Assembly (NCBI GenBank): GCA_964627245.1 | Contig: CAZVGS010000001.1 | Coordinates: 89,256-153,255, forward strand | Origin: an uncultured Gammaproteobacteria bacterium | GTDB lineage: Bacteria; Patescibacteriota; Microgenomatia; Levybacterales; GWA1-39-11 | Length of the DNA stretch: 64,000 nucleotides | Direction of reading: 5' to 3' | Shown: piece by piece, positions 24,080-34,416 of the stretch | Position numbering within the stretch: position 1 is the first letter of the stretch | Layout: each line of letters starts with the position of its first letter | Translations under genes and position numbers: made by a program | The notes under the pieces: generated by a model | Told to the model about the DNA's origin: nothing | What the model saw: the letters and a program-made list of their open reading frames with translations, nothing else | Database searches by the model: none

Positions 24080-25426
24080 TTAGTCTTTCAAAACATTATA
24101 CTCTTTCGGAAAATATAAAAAAGAAGCAGGAACATCATCTGTTAAATACTTCTGAAAATCGGAATATATCTTTTTTCTCTCCTCAACATCTGTAATTGAT
24201 CTTCCGTCTTCAAGTAATTTATCTATTCTAAGATTTTTATAGAAAGTTATGTTATTAACTTGATCGGAATGCCAAAGTACGTATTGATCGGGATCCTTAG
24301 GAAGCTTAATTTTATACATGAAGGCTTGAAAGTCGGAAGGCATATCTCCCACAATTTTTATTTTTGAATCTATTCCAATTTTCTTCCAAGCTTTTTGCAC
24401 CTCTTCAGCAACCTTGTGATATTCATCTGTTGTTGAAATTTCGATAGGCTCTATCGGCTTATCCTCAACCATATCAAGTATAGTTTTTGCAAGCTCAAAA
24501 TCAGCAATTTTATAAGAGGGAGGCTGACTAAAATATTGGGAGGTCGGCGGTATGGGACCAAAAGCTCTCTCGCCTGCATCCAGGCCCCCCGGAAGAGCAT
24601 AATTTAAGGCTTGACGTATTTTTTTATTATTTAACACTGAGTCATTGCTGTTATAAAAAATTGCAACAAGGGAATCGTAATTAATGTAAGCCTCCGACTT
24701 AACCTTTCCCCACTTTGAAAGATCAGTATTGTCAATAAGAGTATTTGAAACTCCATAGATCCTGCTGACTTCACCTAACATAAAAGCAATTTTTAAGGCC
24801 CTTTGGGTTGGATAAAAGTATATTTTCTGCTTTTTTTCTTTTGACTTAGGATCCGACAAAGTCAAACTCCTGACATAACCTCCATTAAGATCAACGTCAG
24901 ATACCTTATACTTGCCTATTCCCGATAAATTTTTTCCGAATATAGGCCTGGAGGTGCTTACAAGAAAAGGTGAGTATGCGTTTTTTAGAGTATAAGAAAT
25001 AGTATATTTATCTACAGGTTTTACCAAAACATCCGCAAAATTGAGGTCAACATTCTCACTGGTTAGTTCTTTTCCATCATGAAATTTTATACCTTTCTTC
25101 AGCTTGAATGTATAAGTTTTTTCGTCTTTAACTGTCCATGACTCAGCAGCGCCCGGCTGAATTTCTCCTTTTTCGTTCACTTTGGTAAGTCCATAGCTTA
25201 CATTTTCCAATATGTCATCAGGCAGTGTTTGAATAGTATAAGTTCCGGCATAACCAATATCCTGACTCGTCTTGAAGATTAGTGGTCTGAAGTAATAATT
25301 TAGAAGCCCAATGAATGCAAAAAAAACAAATATCCCAAGAATCGCAGAACTTATTATAGTTTTGCTCATTTTCCTGAAATACGCCTTGATAAGCCACGCG
25401 TAGTAGCGCCTCTTTAAACTTGCCAT
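24080..25426 (-). CDS. ABC-transporter substrate-binding protein, family 5 (peptide/nickel type), membrane-anchored
   Basis: N-terminal TM helix. GLTKVNEKGEIQPGAAESWTVKDEKTYTFKLKKGIKFHDGKELTSENV is typical of SBP_bac_5. Confidence 0.6.
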   Translation of the reverse strand: MASLKRRYYAWLIKAYFRKMSKTIISSAILGIFVFFAFIGLLNYYFRPLIFKTSQDIGYAGTYTIQTLPDDILENVSYGLTKVNEKGEIQPGAAESWTVKDEKTYTFKLKKGIKFHDGKELTSENVDLNFADVLVKPVDKYTISYTLKNAYSPFLVSTSRPIFGKNLSGIGKYKVSDVDLNGGYVRSLTLSDPKSKEKKQKIYFYPTQRALKIAFMLGEVSRIYGVSNTLIDNTDLSKWGKVKSEAYINYDSLVAIFYNSNDSVLNNKKIRQALNYALPGGLDAGERAFGPIPPTSQYFSQPPSYKIADFELAKTILDMVEDKPIEPIEISTTDEYHKVAEEVQKAWKKIGIDSKIKIVGDMPSDFQAFMYKIKLPKDPDQYVLWHSDQVNNITFYKNLRIDKLLEDGRSITDVEERKKIYSDFQKYLTDDVPASFLYFPKEYNVLKD

Positions 25427-25433
25427 ATAAAAA

Positions 25434-25649
25434 CTACTGCAGTACGAGAGCTAAGATGGAGTTGGCCGCAAAAAGAACAGCTAGTATTATTGTTGCGTAA
25501 AATAAGAATTTTTCAAGACCCCGCTTGCTCCGAAAACTCTCTCCGCCGCCGCCAAATGCAATTCCTGCTTCACTTCCCCTTCTTTGAAGGGTAATGACCA
25601 GAACTAAACCTATTGATAAGAATACCTGAACAATAGCAAAAATATTCAT
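25434..25649 (-). CDS. secG: preprotein translocase subunit SecG
   Basis: 71 aa with two TM helices and the central Gly-rich loop LQRRGSEAGIAFGGGGESF. Confidence 0.6.
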   Translation of the reverse strand: MNIFAIVQVFLSIGLVLVITLQRRGSEAGIAFGGGGESFRSKRGLEKFLFYATIILAVLFAANSILALVLQ

Positions 25650-25650
25650 T

Positions 25651-26055
25651 TTATTTCCCGAAAAGCCAGTTTATGACCTTAGTGATGAGGTATATTGTAA
25701 CAGAAATGAGCACGTAAGACAAAAGGGTTGTTACGTAAAATCGGTGGACTTCAATTCCCCAAAAACTATATCCGGAAAAGGTAAACGGCCTTATTTCAAT
25801 CGGAGGATATATAAGGGTTATTAGAAAGAGTATAAAAGCAATTATAAGCACGCTGAATAATCCAAGGCTTATTAAATTGAAAGGTAAAGAGATAATAGAC
25901 AATACAGGCTTTAACACTTTATAGCCTATTGCAAGAAGTATTCCCCCAATAAAAAGCGTGTTAAATCCTCCGTGAAGCACCAATCCCTCAAAAATAATTT
26001 GAGTTAAATAAAGAGCGAATGCGTAAAGCAGGATGTTTTTTAGAATTGCTTTCAT
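25651..26055 (-). CDS. four-TM membrane protein of the holin-4 superfamily/DUF360 type
   Basis: 134 aa. The pattern …GFNTLFIGGILLAIGYKVLKPVLSIISLPFNLISLGLFSVLI… resembles PF04020-like proteins. Confidence 0.5.
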   Translation of the reverse strand: MKAILKNILLYAFALYLTQIIFEGLVLHGGFNTLFIGGILLAIGYKVLKPVLSIISLPFNLISLGLFSVLIIAFILFLITLIYPPIEIRPFTFSGYSFWGIEVHRFYVTTLLSYVLISVTIYLITKVINWLFGK

Positions 26056-26085
26056 CTATATAGAATAACATAAATGAAGGTGAAA

Positions 26086-27378
26086 TTATTGCTTCTTGGC
26101 TATAAAATTTCTCTTTCTGAGCAACCTATGATATGTAATTGCAAATCTGTGCGCTTCATCTCTAATCCTTCTTACTAAATTTATTCCTGGTGTTGATTTA
26201 GGAAGTCTGACTTCGGCAAATTCAAGACTCCTAATATTTTTAAGCGGTACTATTATTGTTTCTTCTTTTTTTGCGAGCCCAACAAGAGGAAATTTTACAC
26301 TTTGTGAAGCAAGAGACTTTAGCGCAGCACTTACTTGACCCTTTCCACCATCAATTATTACAAGATCTGGACTTGGCCAATCCTGTTTCTTAAATCTTCT
26401 TGCAAGCATTTCGCTCATCATAAAAAAATCGTCAGGAGTATCTTTTGTTTTTATCTTAAAACGTCTATACTCTGATGACTTTTTATCTCCGTTTTCAAAA
26501 ACAACCATGCTACCTGTAGCGTTTTTTCCCGAAATGTTTGAAATATCATAGCACTCAATTCTTGTAAGTTTTTTAAGATCGGGAAAATAAGGCTTAAGCA
26601 GCTCAACTAGAGATGTTAATTCATTTCTTATCCTTTCATAGTAAAAATCCGGCTTTTCAATGTAATGGAACGGCTCAAAGGTAGAACTCGTTATAAGATT
26701 TATCCTATCTATTCTTTCTTGAACAGCTGATGCATTTTCAAACTCTTCCTTCTTCGAAAAATCATCCCGCTCTTTTACAAGATTATTTATAACAAGCTCT
26801 TTCTTGCCCATCAAAAACTTTTCAATTGAGGAAAGATTTTTTTTGTAAACCTGAAGGTTTTGAGGCTCTGCAGGCACACACGGACAAAGACCAATATGAT
26901 AGTAAAGGCATTTTCTTTTTGGATGATTTTTTACGGATTGATAAGGAAATATTCTTCGGAGTAACCTTAACACTGCTTTAAGAGCCGAAGCATCGGAATA
27001 CGGTCCAAAATACTTTGCATTTTTATCAATTTTTTTTCGTGTAAGTGTAACTGATGGATTTCCATTATTTGTTACTTCAATCATCGGATAAGACTTGTCA
27101 TCAACTAGCTTGATATTGTAAAAAGGTCTGTGCTTTTTTATAAGCTCGGATTCCAGTAAAAAAGCTTCAATCTCAGAGGCTACACTGATAGTTTTAATAT
27201 CCCTAATTTGGCTGACAAGCGTAATGGTCTTTGCATCAAGTGCCTTATTTGAAAAATAGGAAGATACCCGCTTTTTAAGGTCCTTAGCTTTACCTACGTA
27301 TAGAATTTTTCTTTTTTCGTCTTTGAACAAGTAAACTCCCGGTGTGGAAGGTAACTGCCGCAGTAATGATTGATACAC
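26086..27378 (-). CDS. uvrC: excinuclease ABC subunit C, short form lacking the C-terminal (HhH)2 domain
   Basis: GIY-YIG N-terminus (PGVYLFKDEKRKILYVGKAKDLKKRVSSYF), a UVR-like helix, and an RNase-H-like endonuclease domain (IECYDISN…IIDGGKGQ…DEAHRFAITYHR). The protein ends there at 430 aa. Confidence 0.8.
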   Translation of the reverse strand: MYQSLLRQLPSTPGVYLFKDEKRKILYVGKAKDLKKRVSSYFSNKALDAKTITLVSQIRDIKTISVASEIEAFLLESELIKKHRPFYNIKLVDDKSYPMIEVTNNGNPSVTLTRKKIDKNAKYFGPYSDASALKAVLRLLRRIFPYQSVKNHPKRKCLYYHIGLCPCVPAEPQNLQVYKKNLSSIEKFLMGKKELVINNLVKERDDFSKKEEFENASAVQERIDRINLITSSTFEPFHYIEKPDFYYERIRNELTSLVELLKPYFPDLKKLTRIECYDISNISGKNATGSMVVFENGDKKSSEYRRFKIKTKDTPDDFFMMSEMLARRFKKQDWPSPDLVIIDGGKGQVSAALKSLASQSVKFPLVGLAKKEETIIVPLKNIRSLEFAEVRLPKSTPGINLVRRIRDEAHRFAITYHRLLRKRNFIAKKQ

Positions 27379-29128
27379 CTATAATTCCTCCTAATATCAA
27401 AAGAAGTTTTATATCAGGAATAAAAGAAACACTTATATTCTTTTTATATCCCTTCTTTCCAACCTGAATTGTAATTATATATTTATCTTTTGTCAAAATA
27501 GGCGTATCCGAAAATGAGGTGGTTATCTCTTTGTGGCCATAAGGCGGAATATAGCCAATACTGAATTGTCTTTTTGAGCCCGTTGATGTCGTAATGTCTA
27601 CGGTCAAGTCCGAAAGAGGCGTATTCCCCGAGTTCTTAATTGAAACTGTTCCCTGAATTCCAAATTTGGGAAAAACAGCATTTGGAAAAGTATCACTAAT
27701 ACTTACTCCCTCAATCTTCTTAAACTCCTCAGCCGAAGCAAATTCTATTCCAACGTCCTTCGACTCTTTACTAAATTTGTAACCGCCTGCAGGAATTGGA
27801 TATTCACTGTCTTTCCCCTTTATCGCAAAAGCTACATGGGAAAAATCAAGTGAATTAAAATAGTCCATGCCATTTGTCGTATTCCCCCACGTTGGGTCTA
27901 TCATTATCCACTTTTTGCCTTTTGAATCGTAATACTCAGGCCATGCATGCAGTATGTCACTTACCAAAGAAAGCGGTCTTAGCTTCGAGTTGGTTGTATA
28001 AGCAAATCCCTCAACAGCTCTTGCCGGAATTCCGCTGGCTCTTGCGAGAGATATGAAAAGGTCGGTAAATTCTAGACAAACGCTATTTTTTGAGTCAGAA
28101 AGCGCTCCTTTCCCACCCAAGCGCAAATTGTCAGTCGCTATCTTATTTTTGTTATATAAAAGATTTGTTCTGACAAATTCATAAATCTGCTCAGGTGTTT
28201 TAAGGTCTCTGGACACCTCAATTATATCCGGATCGGATGCATCCCAGAATTTTTTACCCACAGTAAATTCCTGCTTTTTTTCATTATCAATATCTTCCAT
28301 CTTTGCCTCTGCAAGAACTTCAACTACACCCTTCACCTCAACCGTCTTTTTTTGCTGTGGCAACAGATTGTATTCCGCTATCCAATTACCATCATAATCT
28401 GCAGTTACGTTAAGCGGGTCTTCTGAGAAGGACGTAACTATAGTATTCTGGTAATTCGTTGTAGGGGGAAGTGCAATCTCAGTTGTTACTGGAAATAAAT
28501 TAGGGTTTGAAATATTGTACTTAAGGTGGAACTTGTAGTATTGCCTTAATCCAAAAAGGATATAAATACCCGACTTTCCAATTTCATTTTTGTCATATTT
28601 CAAAATTTTTGAATTAGCAACTTTTGAAGGTTTAGAAATTTTCGCTACCCCAAAAGTCTCAGGTACAGTAATTTGCGCGTAGTAAGAGTCAAATTCCGAA
28701 AGGTCTTCAATCCCGGGAACAGTAACCTCCCAAACCGACCCCTGTTTTTTTGCAATATCCTTTGTTACGAATTTAATTGTAAATTTATGGGTCTCACCAA
28801 GACCTGCGTACCTTTCCTGAAATGTTAACTTGATACTCTTGTTGTCGGGGTCTTTTGCATCAAAAGTTGCAGGTATTATACCGTCGTCATTGAATGCCTG
28901 AATATTTGATACATCTGAAAAACCTACCTTCATAGTGTAGCTTGGGGTGTAATAAAATTCGGTTTTGTTAGTTATTGATATATCTTGTGTAACCTCAGTT
29001 GACCCTTCTTCATCCACTTCATACAATGCCTCTACGTCAATTTCAAATTGTTCAGCAGCATATGAATTTTGGGGTAAAAAAACAAAAAGAAAAGCAAAAA
29101 GAAAAATTAGATAAAACTTCTTTGCCAT
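27290..29128 (-). CDS. transglutaminase-like domain protein, secreted with a C-terminal TM anchor
   Basis: Signal peptide. TGase core CLEFTDLFISLARASGIPAR…HAWPEYY…IDPTW (Cys-His-Asp). C-terminal TM helix plus RRKKK tail. It overlaps uvrA by 1 nt and uvrC by 89 nt. Confidence 0.7.
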   Translation of the reverse strand: MAKKFYLIFLFAFLFVFLPQNSYAAEQFEIDVEALYEVDEEGSTEVTQDISITNKTEFYYTPSYTMKVGFSDVSNIQAFNDDGIIPATFDAKDPDNKSIKLTFQERYAGLGETHKFTIKFVTKDIAKKQGSVWEVTVPGIEDLSEFDSYYAQITVPETFGVAKISKPSKVANSKILKYDKNEIGKSGIYILFGLRQYYKFHLKYNISNPNLFPVTTEIALPPTTNYQNTIVTSFSEDPLNVTADYDGNWIAEYNLLPQQKKTVEVKGVVEVLAEAKMEDIDNEKKQEFTVGKKFWDASDPDIIEVSRDLKTPEQIYEFVRTNLLYNKNKIATDNLRLGGKGALSDSKNSVCLEFTDLFISLARASGIPARAVEGFAYTTNSKLRPLSLVSDILHAWPEYYDSKGKKWIMIDPTWGNTTNGMDYFNSLDFSHVAFAIKGKDSEYPIPAGGYKFSKESKDVGIEFASAEEFKKIEGVSISDTFPNAVFPKFGIQGTVSIKNSGNTPLSDLTVDITTSTGSKRQFSIGYIPPYGHKEITTSFSDTPILTKDKYIITIQVGKKGYKKNISVSFIPDIKLLLILGGIIGVSIITAAVTFHTGSLLVQRRKKKNSIRR

Positions 29129-32010
29129 TAGGTCATCTCCTTCGCAAGATATTGCCCCGTGTATGATTCCTTAATTTTTGAAACTTCTTCTGGGGTTCCG
29201 GATGCAATGATATTTCCCCCCTGATCTCCGCCTTCAGGACCCAAGTCGATAATGTAATCCGAATTTTTAATTAAATCCAAATTGTGCTCAATAACAACAA
29301 CCGTATTTCCTTTATCAACTAACCGCCTAAGAACAAGTATTAGTTTTTCGAGATCTGCAAAGTGGAGACCGGTTGTTGGCTCATCCAAAACGTATAGAGA
29401 CCCGCCTCCTCCTTTTTTCGAAAGCTCCGAAGCAAGTTTTATTCTTTGAGCTTCTCCCCCTGATAAGGTTGTAGCAGGCTGACCAAGTCTAATGTATGAA
29501 AGCCCTACCTCTTTAAGAGTTGTCAATCTTGAGGAAAGCGGCTCATGGAAGGAGAAAAAAGGGATAGCTTCTTCAACTGACATGTTGAGTATTTCTGAGA
29601 TATTTTTTCCCTCAAACTGAATTTCCAAGGTGTCTTGAGTGTATCTCGTTCCGTTGCATGATTCGCATTTAACATAAACGTCAGACAAAAATTGCATTTC
29701 TATTTTTATCTGACCTTCACCCTCGCAAGTCTCACATCTTCCTCCTTTAACGTTGAATGAAAACCTCCCTGGACCATACCCCCTCATCCTTGCATCTCTT
29801 GAATTTGCAAATATATCTCTAATATATGTGAATGCTCCCGTGTACGTTGCAGGGTTTGACCTTGGAGTTCTACCTATAGGACTTTGATCTATCATAAATA
29901 TTCTTTTTATCTCATCTTGTCCTGTAATCTCATCGAATTTACCCGGTCTTTCTTTATGGAACGGATTTTTGTAATGCGCAATCGCATGATAAAAGACATC
30001 ATTTATAAGCGTTGACTTTCCGCTTCCCGAAACACCGGTTATACAGATGAATTTGCCTAAAGGAAACTTTACGTTAACATTCTTTAAGTTGTGCTCGGAT
30101 ACTCCCGTTAAGGTTATATACCTTTGACTCTCGGGCTCAATAAGCTTTTCCTTTTTTATTTTTATCTTTACCTTTCCGGATAGATACTGACCGGTAATAG
30201 ACTTGTCGTCATTGATGATTTGTTTTGGAGTACCGTGCGCGATAATATGTCCCCCATGTTCTCCCGCCCCGGGGCCGAAATCAAATATATAATCGCTCTC
30301 TTCCATCATTTCTTTATCATGTTCCACAACCAAAACACTATTTCCAATATCCCTCAAGTGCTTTAGTGTGCCTATCAATTTAGTATTGTCTCTCGGATGA
30401 AGTCCTATGGAGGGCTCGTCCAAAACGTACAAAACACCCGACAGACCGCTTCCTATCTGCGACGCTAGCCTGATCCTTTGCGCTTCTCCTCCTGCCAATG
30501 ACTCGGCTGATCTTGAAAGTGTCAAATAGGAAAGACCGACATCGAATAAAAATTTAAGACGGGAATTGATCTCCTTTAGAATTATTGTCGCTATTTCAAG
30601 CTCCTTTCCGCTTAGCTTTTTATCAAGATTTTTCATAAAATCATAACAATTCTCAATAGACATATCCGATACTTCAACAATTGACTTGTCAAGTATAGTC
30701 ACAGCCAGTGATTCGACCTTTAGTCTGGCACCAAGACACATATCGCATATTTTTGCTGTCATAAATTTTTGGATTTCTTTTTTAATAAGCTCACTGTCAG
30801 TCTCTAAATACCTTGCCTGCAAATATCCGACAACTCCGGGATAAGGCTCATAAATGGAAGTGTTTTCCCCAAACCTGTTGCGCCCCTTAACCTTGTAAAC
30901 CCTATCCCCTGTGCCGTAAAGAATTATTTTCTTCTGCTCGTGAGTTAATGTCATGATAAGATCAGTCATCGGTATATCATTTTCCTCAAATGCGGTTTTT
31001 AGAGTTCTTGTAAGCCAGGTGTCTCTATCATATAGATTGGCAAAAGCCAAAATCCCGCCCTCTGCAATCGTCAGGTTGGGATTTAAGACCAAATCTTCAT
31101 CAACAGTCATAATAGTCCCAAGACCGTTACACTCGGGACACGCACCAAAGGGGGAGTTGAAGGAAAAAATCCTCGGCTCAATTTTTGGCATAGGCGTAGC
31201 ATCATACGGGCATGCAAACTTCTCAGAATAAAAAGTGTCCTCCATTTCAGCCGGATACTCGGGAAAACTAAAGCTTTTATCGTTTACTTTTGCAACTATT
31301 ACCTCGCCATTTCCAAGTGCTAAAGCCTGCTCCACAGAATCCAGTATCCTTTGTCTTTCATAATTTTTATCCAAAATTATCTTGTCAACAACCGCTTCAA
31401 TGCTGTGCTTGTTGGTCTTTATGAGGGAAATGTCCGAAGAAAGACTTAATACTTTTCCGTCAATTCTTACTTGCTGAAAAGATCTTTTCCGAAGATCCTT
31501 AAATAAATCAACGTACTCTCCTTTTCTTCCGGATACAATTGGAGACAGAATCATGATCTTGACTGGATGAACAAGCGCAAATTTCGAAATTATTTCTTCA
31601 ACTATTTTTTCCTTTGTAGTTCTTGTAATCTCACGCCCGCACTTAGGACAGTGAGGGTGTCCGATACGGGCATATAAAAGTCTTAAATAATCATATATCT
31701 CAGTAACCGTTCCAACTGTTGATCTGGGATTGTGTGAAGTTGTCTTTTGATCGATTGAAATTGCAGGGGACAGACCTTCAATAAAATCCACATTGGGCTT
31801 CTTCATAATACCCAAAAACTGCCGGGCATATGACGAAAGACTTTCAACATATCGGCGCTGTCCTTCCGCATAAATCGTGTCAAAAGCAAGGGACGACTTT
31901 CCGCTTCCTGAAAGTCCTGTAAAGACGACTAATTTGTCTTTGGGAATTTCGATATCGATATTTTTAAGATTGTGTTCCCTTGCTCCTTTAATTATTATTT
32001 TTTTCTCCAT
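29128..32010 (-). CDS. uvrA: excinuclease ABC subunit A
   Basis: Two ABC ATPase modules ([26 protein letters not shown] twice) and zinc-finger Cys clusters. The start is set at [18 protein letters not shown]. The track ORF adds 12 aa that include a hairpin region. Confidence 0.92.
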   Translation of the reverse strand: MEKKIIIKGAREHNLKNIDIEIPKDKLVVFTGLSGSGKSSLAFDTIYAEGQRRYVESLSSYARQFLGIMKKPNVDFIEGLSPAISIDQKTTSHNPRSTVGTVTEIYDYLRLLYARIGHPHCPKCGREITRTTKEKIVEEIISKFALVHPVKIMILSPIVSGRKGEYVDLFKDLRKRSFQQVRIDGKVLSLSSDISLIKTNKHSIEAVVDKIILDKNYERQRILDSVEQALALGNGEVIVAKVNDKSFSFPEYPAEMEDTFYSEKFACPYDATPMPKIEPRIFSFNSPFGACPECNGLGTIMTVDEDLVLNPNLTIAEGGILAFANLYDRDTWLTRTLKTAFEENDIPMTDLIMTLTHEQKKIILYGTGDRVYKVKGRNRFGENTSIYEPYPGVVGYLQARYLETDSELIKKEIQKFMTAKICDMCLGARLKVESLAVTILDKSIVEVSDMSIENCYDFMKNLDKKLSGKELEIATIILKEINSRLKFLFDVGLSYLTLSRSAESLAGGEAQRIRLASQIGSGLSGVLYVLDEPSIGLHPRDNTKLIGTLKHLRDIGNSVLVVEHDKEMMEESDYIFDFGPGAGEHGGHIIAHGTPKQIINDDKSITGQYLSGKVKIKIKKEKLIEPESQRYITLTGVSEHNLKNVNVKFPLGKFICITGVSGSGKSTLINDVFYHAIAHYKNPFHKERPGKFDEITGQDEIKRIFMIDQSPIGRTPRSNPATYTGAFTYIRDIFANSRDARMRGYGPGRFSFNVKGGRCETCEGEGQIKIEMQFLSDVYVKCESCNGTRYTQDTLEIQFEGKNISEILNMSVEEAIPFFSFHEPLSSRLTTLKEVGLSYIRLGQPATTLSGGEAQRIKLASELSKKGGGGSLYVLDEPTTGLHFADLEKLILVLRRLVDKGNTVVVIEHNLDLIKNSDYIIDLGPEGGDQGGNIIASGTPEEVSKIKESYTGQYLAKEMT

Positions 32011-32085
32011 GAAACGAGAGGATGATCCGGCAAAGTGTCCGGACAAAGTTAACTATTGTACACCCAAATGAGGACAAACTTCAAG

Positions 32086-33360
32086 CTATGCTGCGTGATC
32101 CCAGGTGTATCCGCGGAATTGGATCTGTGGTTTATCAGTTATTTCTCCAGCTATTGCCGCTTCTTGTCCTTCATCTTCCGCCATGTTTACCACTTTTCTT
32201 GCTTCCGCAATATTTTCTGTAACTACCAAAAGTCCAATCCCTCTATTCCATTGCTGACATGCAATTCTATCATTTAGATTAACTTCTTCTGCAAGTTTTG
32301 CGGGCAACTCGCTCGCAAGCTTCATAAGTGAAACAACAGCTGGGGGATCAGGAAATACAGCATCCACCGCAGCTCCAAGTCCATGCGGTTCGACCATCCT
32401 TTTGGCTTTTTCAGGAACTCCACCTCCCGAGATGTGCGCTACTCCGGTAATATTTACATTTGAAGGTTCGTCAATATTGCCTAACAAAGAATACATCACT
32501 CTCCCATAAAGTTTTGAGGGTAATAAAAGCTCTCTTGCTATTTCAGGATTTTTAACATGCCAAGGAGTCAATACCTGCTCAATTGTATCATGTCCAAAAA
32601 CTCTTTCCAAAGTGCCCGCAAGCCTATCCCTATCATTTACAGTAACAGCCTCATCGCGTTCTAATTCTTGAACGATATAATCAAGCTTTTCATCTAACCC
32701 AAGACTTGCTAAAAAAACTGCTTCTGCAATGCTTCGTGCTTTTGTTAATCCATTAGATCTTATTGATTTTTCTCCAAATGCAACAATGGGTTGCCCTGGT
32801 TTTAGCCTATCACCCAATATCAGTTTATCTTTGTTAAAAATACTGATAGCAACAGCATTCCAGTTGAGTCTGTCTTTCCCATATCCGCTGGTTCTGTAAC
32901 CAAGCTCAGCAGTCTCTCCATTTAAGATAGCGACTTGTTCTTCATTTGCTGCTTCACGCAAACCTCTCGCAGCATTTGAAGCAATATCGGGATTTTTAGC
33001 ATTGTTTACGTCAAAAATATTTGCAACTCCAACCGGGTATCTGCCAAATCGCCACTCGTCTGTAGTTACCATTGCGAGCAGATCCCTTGCAACTGATCTA
33101 AATAACTCAGGCTCTGGCTTGCCTGTCAACAAACTTAAATCATAAAGTCTTTCAGCCATTTCAGGCTTTGTACCTACACCATCTGCTGTTGGCCAAAATT
33201 CATAAGGAAAAAGGTTTATTCCAGCAATTGTGTAGTGAGGTGTTTCTAGATAAATGTTTGGTCGAAATCTTTTATCAGGAAAGTTGTTTGCGGTCTGTTT
33301 TATAACACCCCCAAATGTAATAGAGGCCAGCGCCTTCTCGTCATGTTGAATCTCATTCAT
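32086..33360 (-). CDS. PurM-like (AIR synthase-related family) ATP-dependent enzyme, atypically long
   Basis: ADGVGTKPE, NGETAELG, SIRSNGLTKAR and AHISGGGVPEK correspond to conserved PurM/AIRS-family motifs. 424 aa. Confidence 0.6.
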   Translation of the reverse strand: MNEIQHDEKALASITFGGVIKQTANNFPDKRFRPNIYLETPHYTIAGINLFPYEFWPTADGVGTKPEMAERLYDLSLLTGKPEPELFRSVARDLLAMVTTDEWRFGRYPVGVANIFDVNNAKNPDIASNAARGLREAANEEQVAILNGETAELGYRTSGYGKDRLNWNAVAISIFNKDKLILGDRLKPGQPIVAFGEKSIRSNGLTKARSIAEAVFLASLGLDEKLDYIVQELERDEAVTVNDRDRLAGTLERVFGHDTIEQVLTPWHVKNPEIARELLLPSKLYGRVMYSLLGNIDEPSNVNITGVAHISGGGVPEKAKRMVEPHGLGAAVDAVFPDPPAVVSLMKLASELPAKLAEEVNLNDRIACQQWNRGIGLLVVTENIAEARKVVNMAEDEGQEAAIAGEITDKPQIQFRGYTWDHAA

Positions 33361-33417
33361 CGCAAAGGGGCAATTTGGAGTTAGTATAGATTATTGATAA
33401 TTCTTTGTAAATAGCTC

Positions 33418-34392
33418 TCATTTCCAAATTTTTTCAGTCGCGGCTAAACCTTTTTTACCAAGATTTAACCAGTGGTTATTTTCTTTAGAATCACGGCCTT
33501 CTTCTTTTTCCCTGGTTGCACGAATAACGTGCATAGCATGGGAAAGCTTTATAAATAAAGGCAAAACTTCTAATTCTTTTTTTGTCAGCTTTTCGTATTT
33601 TTGATATTCTTCAAGAAGCAATTTGTAATATTTTTCAACTCCTATTTTACCTGTTGGATCAAACATAACATCGCACATAAGCACTGCAAGCTCAACAATT
33701 CTTGGATAGAAATTCGCGACAGAATAATCGACGAAGTATATTTTTTCTTTAGATTTTATGATATTCGTACTTATTAAATCACCATGCACTAATGCGTGGG
33801 GCAGTGCTTTCACATCAAACTTATCAAACTCATCCTTCAACTTATCAAGAACTGCCAAATCATCCTCAGACAAATACTTTCTTGCCTTTTTCAATTCGTT
33901 ATTAAAATTAATAAGTGCCCAGCTGTCATAAAGAGGCGCCGGTTTATAATCAATTTTATTTGAGATAGCAGCCATTTTTATTATTTCTTTAAGATCGTCT
34001 AAAGCCGGGTTCTTTTTTAATTCATAGTAAGTTTTTCCTTCAATCCATTCAAATACTGCAAGCCTTATATTGAATTGCTCATATTGGTTTCTAAAAATAT
34101 AACCCACATCTCTTTTCAAAAATTGCGGATGGGAAATTCCCTTATCAAGGGCACTTTTTATGACATTAATAAGCCGTAGGCATTCTGCATCATCACGGTT
34201 GTCCGCGAAAATTTTTACAAAGTAGTTACCTTTTGAGGTAATAAGCTTTATATTTACGTCTTCGTATCCTGCTTTTATAAATCCAAAATCCAAAAAACTC
34301 CCGATTTTATAAGAACTTGAAACATCACTCAGAAGCTCGCTAAATTCTCCTTGAAAATTTATTCTATTACGAAGATGTGGGGGTATATTCAC
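33418..34392 (-). CDS. aminoglycoside-phosphotransferase/homoserine-kinase-II-like small-molecule kinase
   Basis: LVHGDLISTNIIKSKEKIYFVDYSVANF (HGDxxxxN…D catalytic/Mg loop) and N-lobe Lys (YFVKIF). Confidence 0.6.
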   Translation of the reverse strand: MNIPPHLRNRINFQGEFSELLSDVSSSYKIGSFLDFGFIKAGYEDVNIKLITSKGNYFVKIFADNRDDAECLRLINVIKSALDKGISHPQFLKRDVGYIFRNQYEQFNIRLAVFEWIEGKTYYELKKNPALDDLKEIIKMAAISNKIDYKPAPLYDSWALINFNNELKKARKYLSEDDLAVLDKLKDEFDKFDVKALPHALVHGDLISTNIIKSKEKIYFVDYSVANFYPRIVELAVLMCDVMFDPTGKIGVEKYYKLLLEEYQKYEKLTKKELEVLPLFIKLSHAMHVIRATREKEEGRDSKENNHWLNLGKKGLAATEKIWK

Positions 34393-34416
34393 ACTCCATT
34401 ATAGCATACTTTGAAG

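Noticed and set aside
32011-32046. 12-aa N-terminal extension of UvrA in the track ORF ([12 protein letters not shown])
   Set aside because: UvrA homologs start close to the M..I.I.GA.EHNLKN motif, and the extension spans a CCGG hairpin in the intergenic region. The start at 32010 is preferred.
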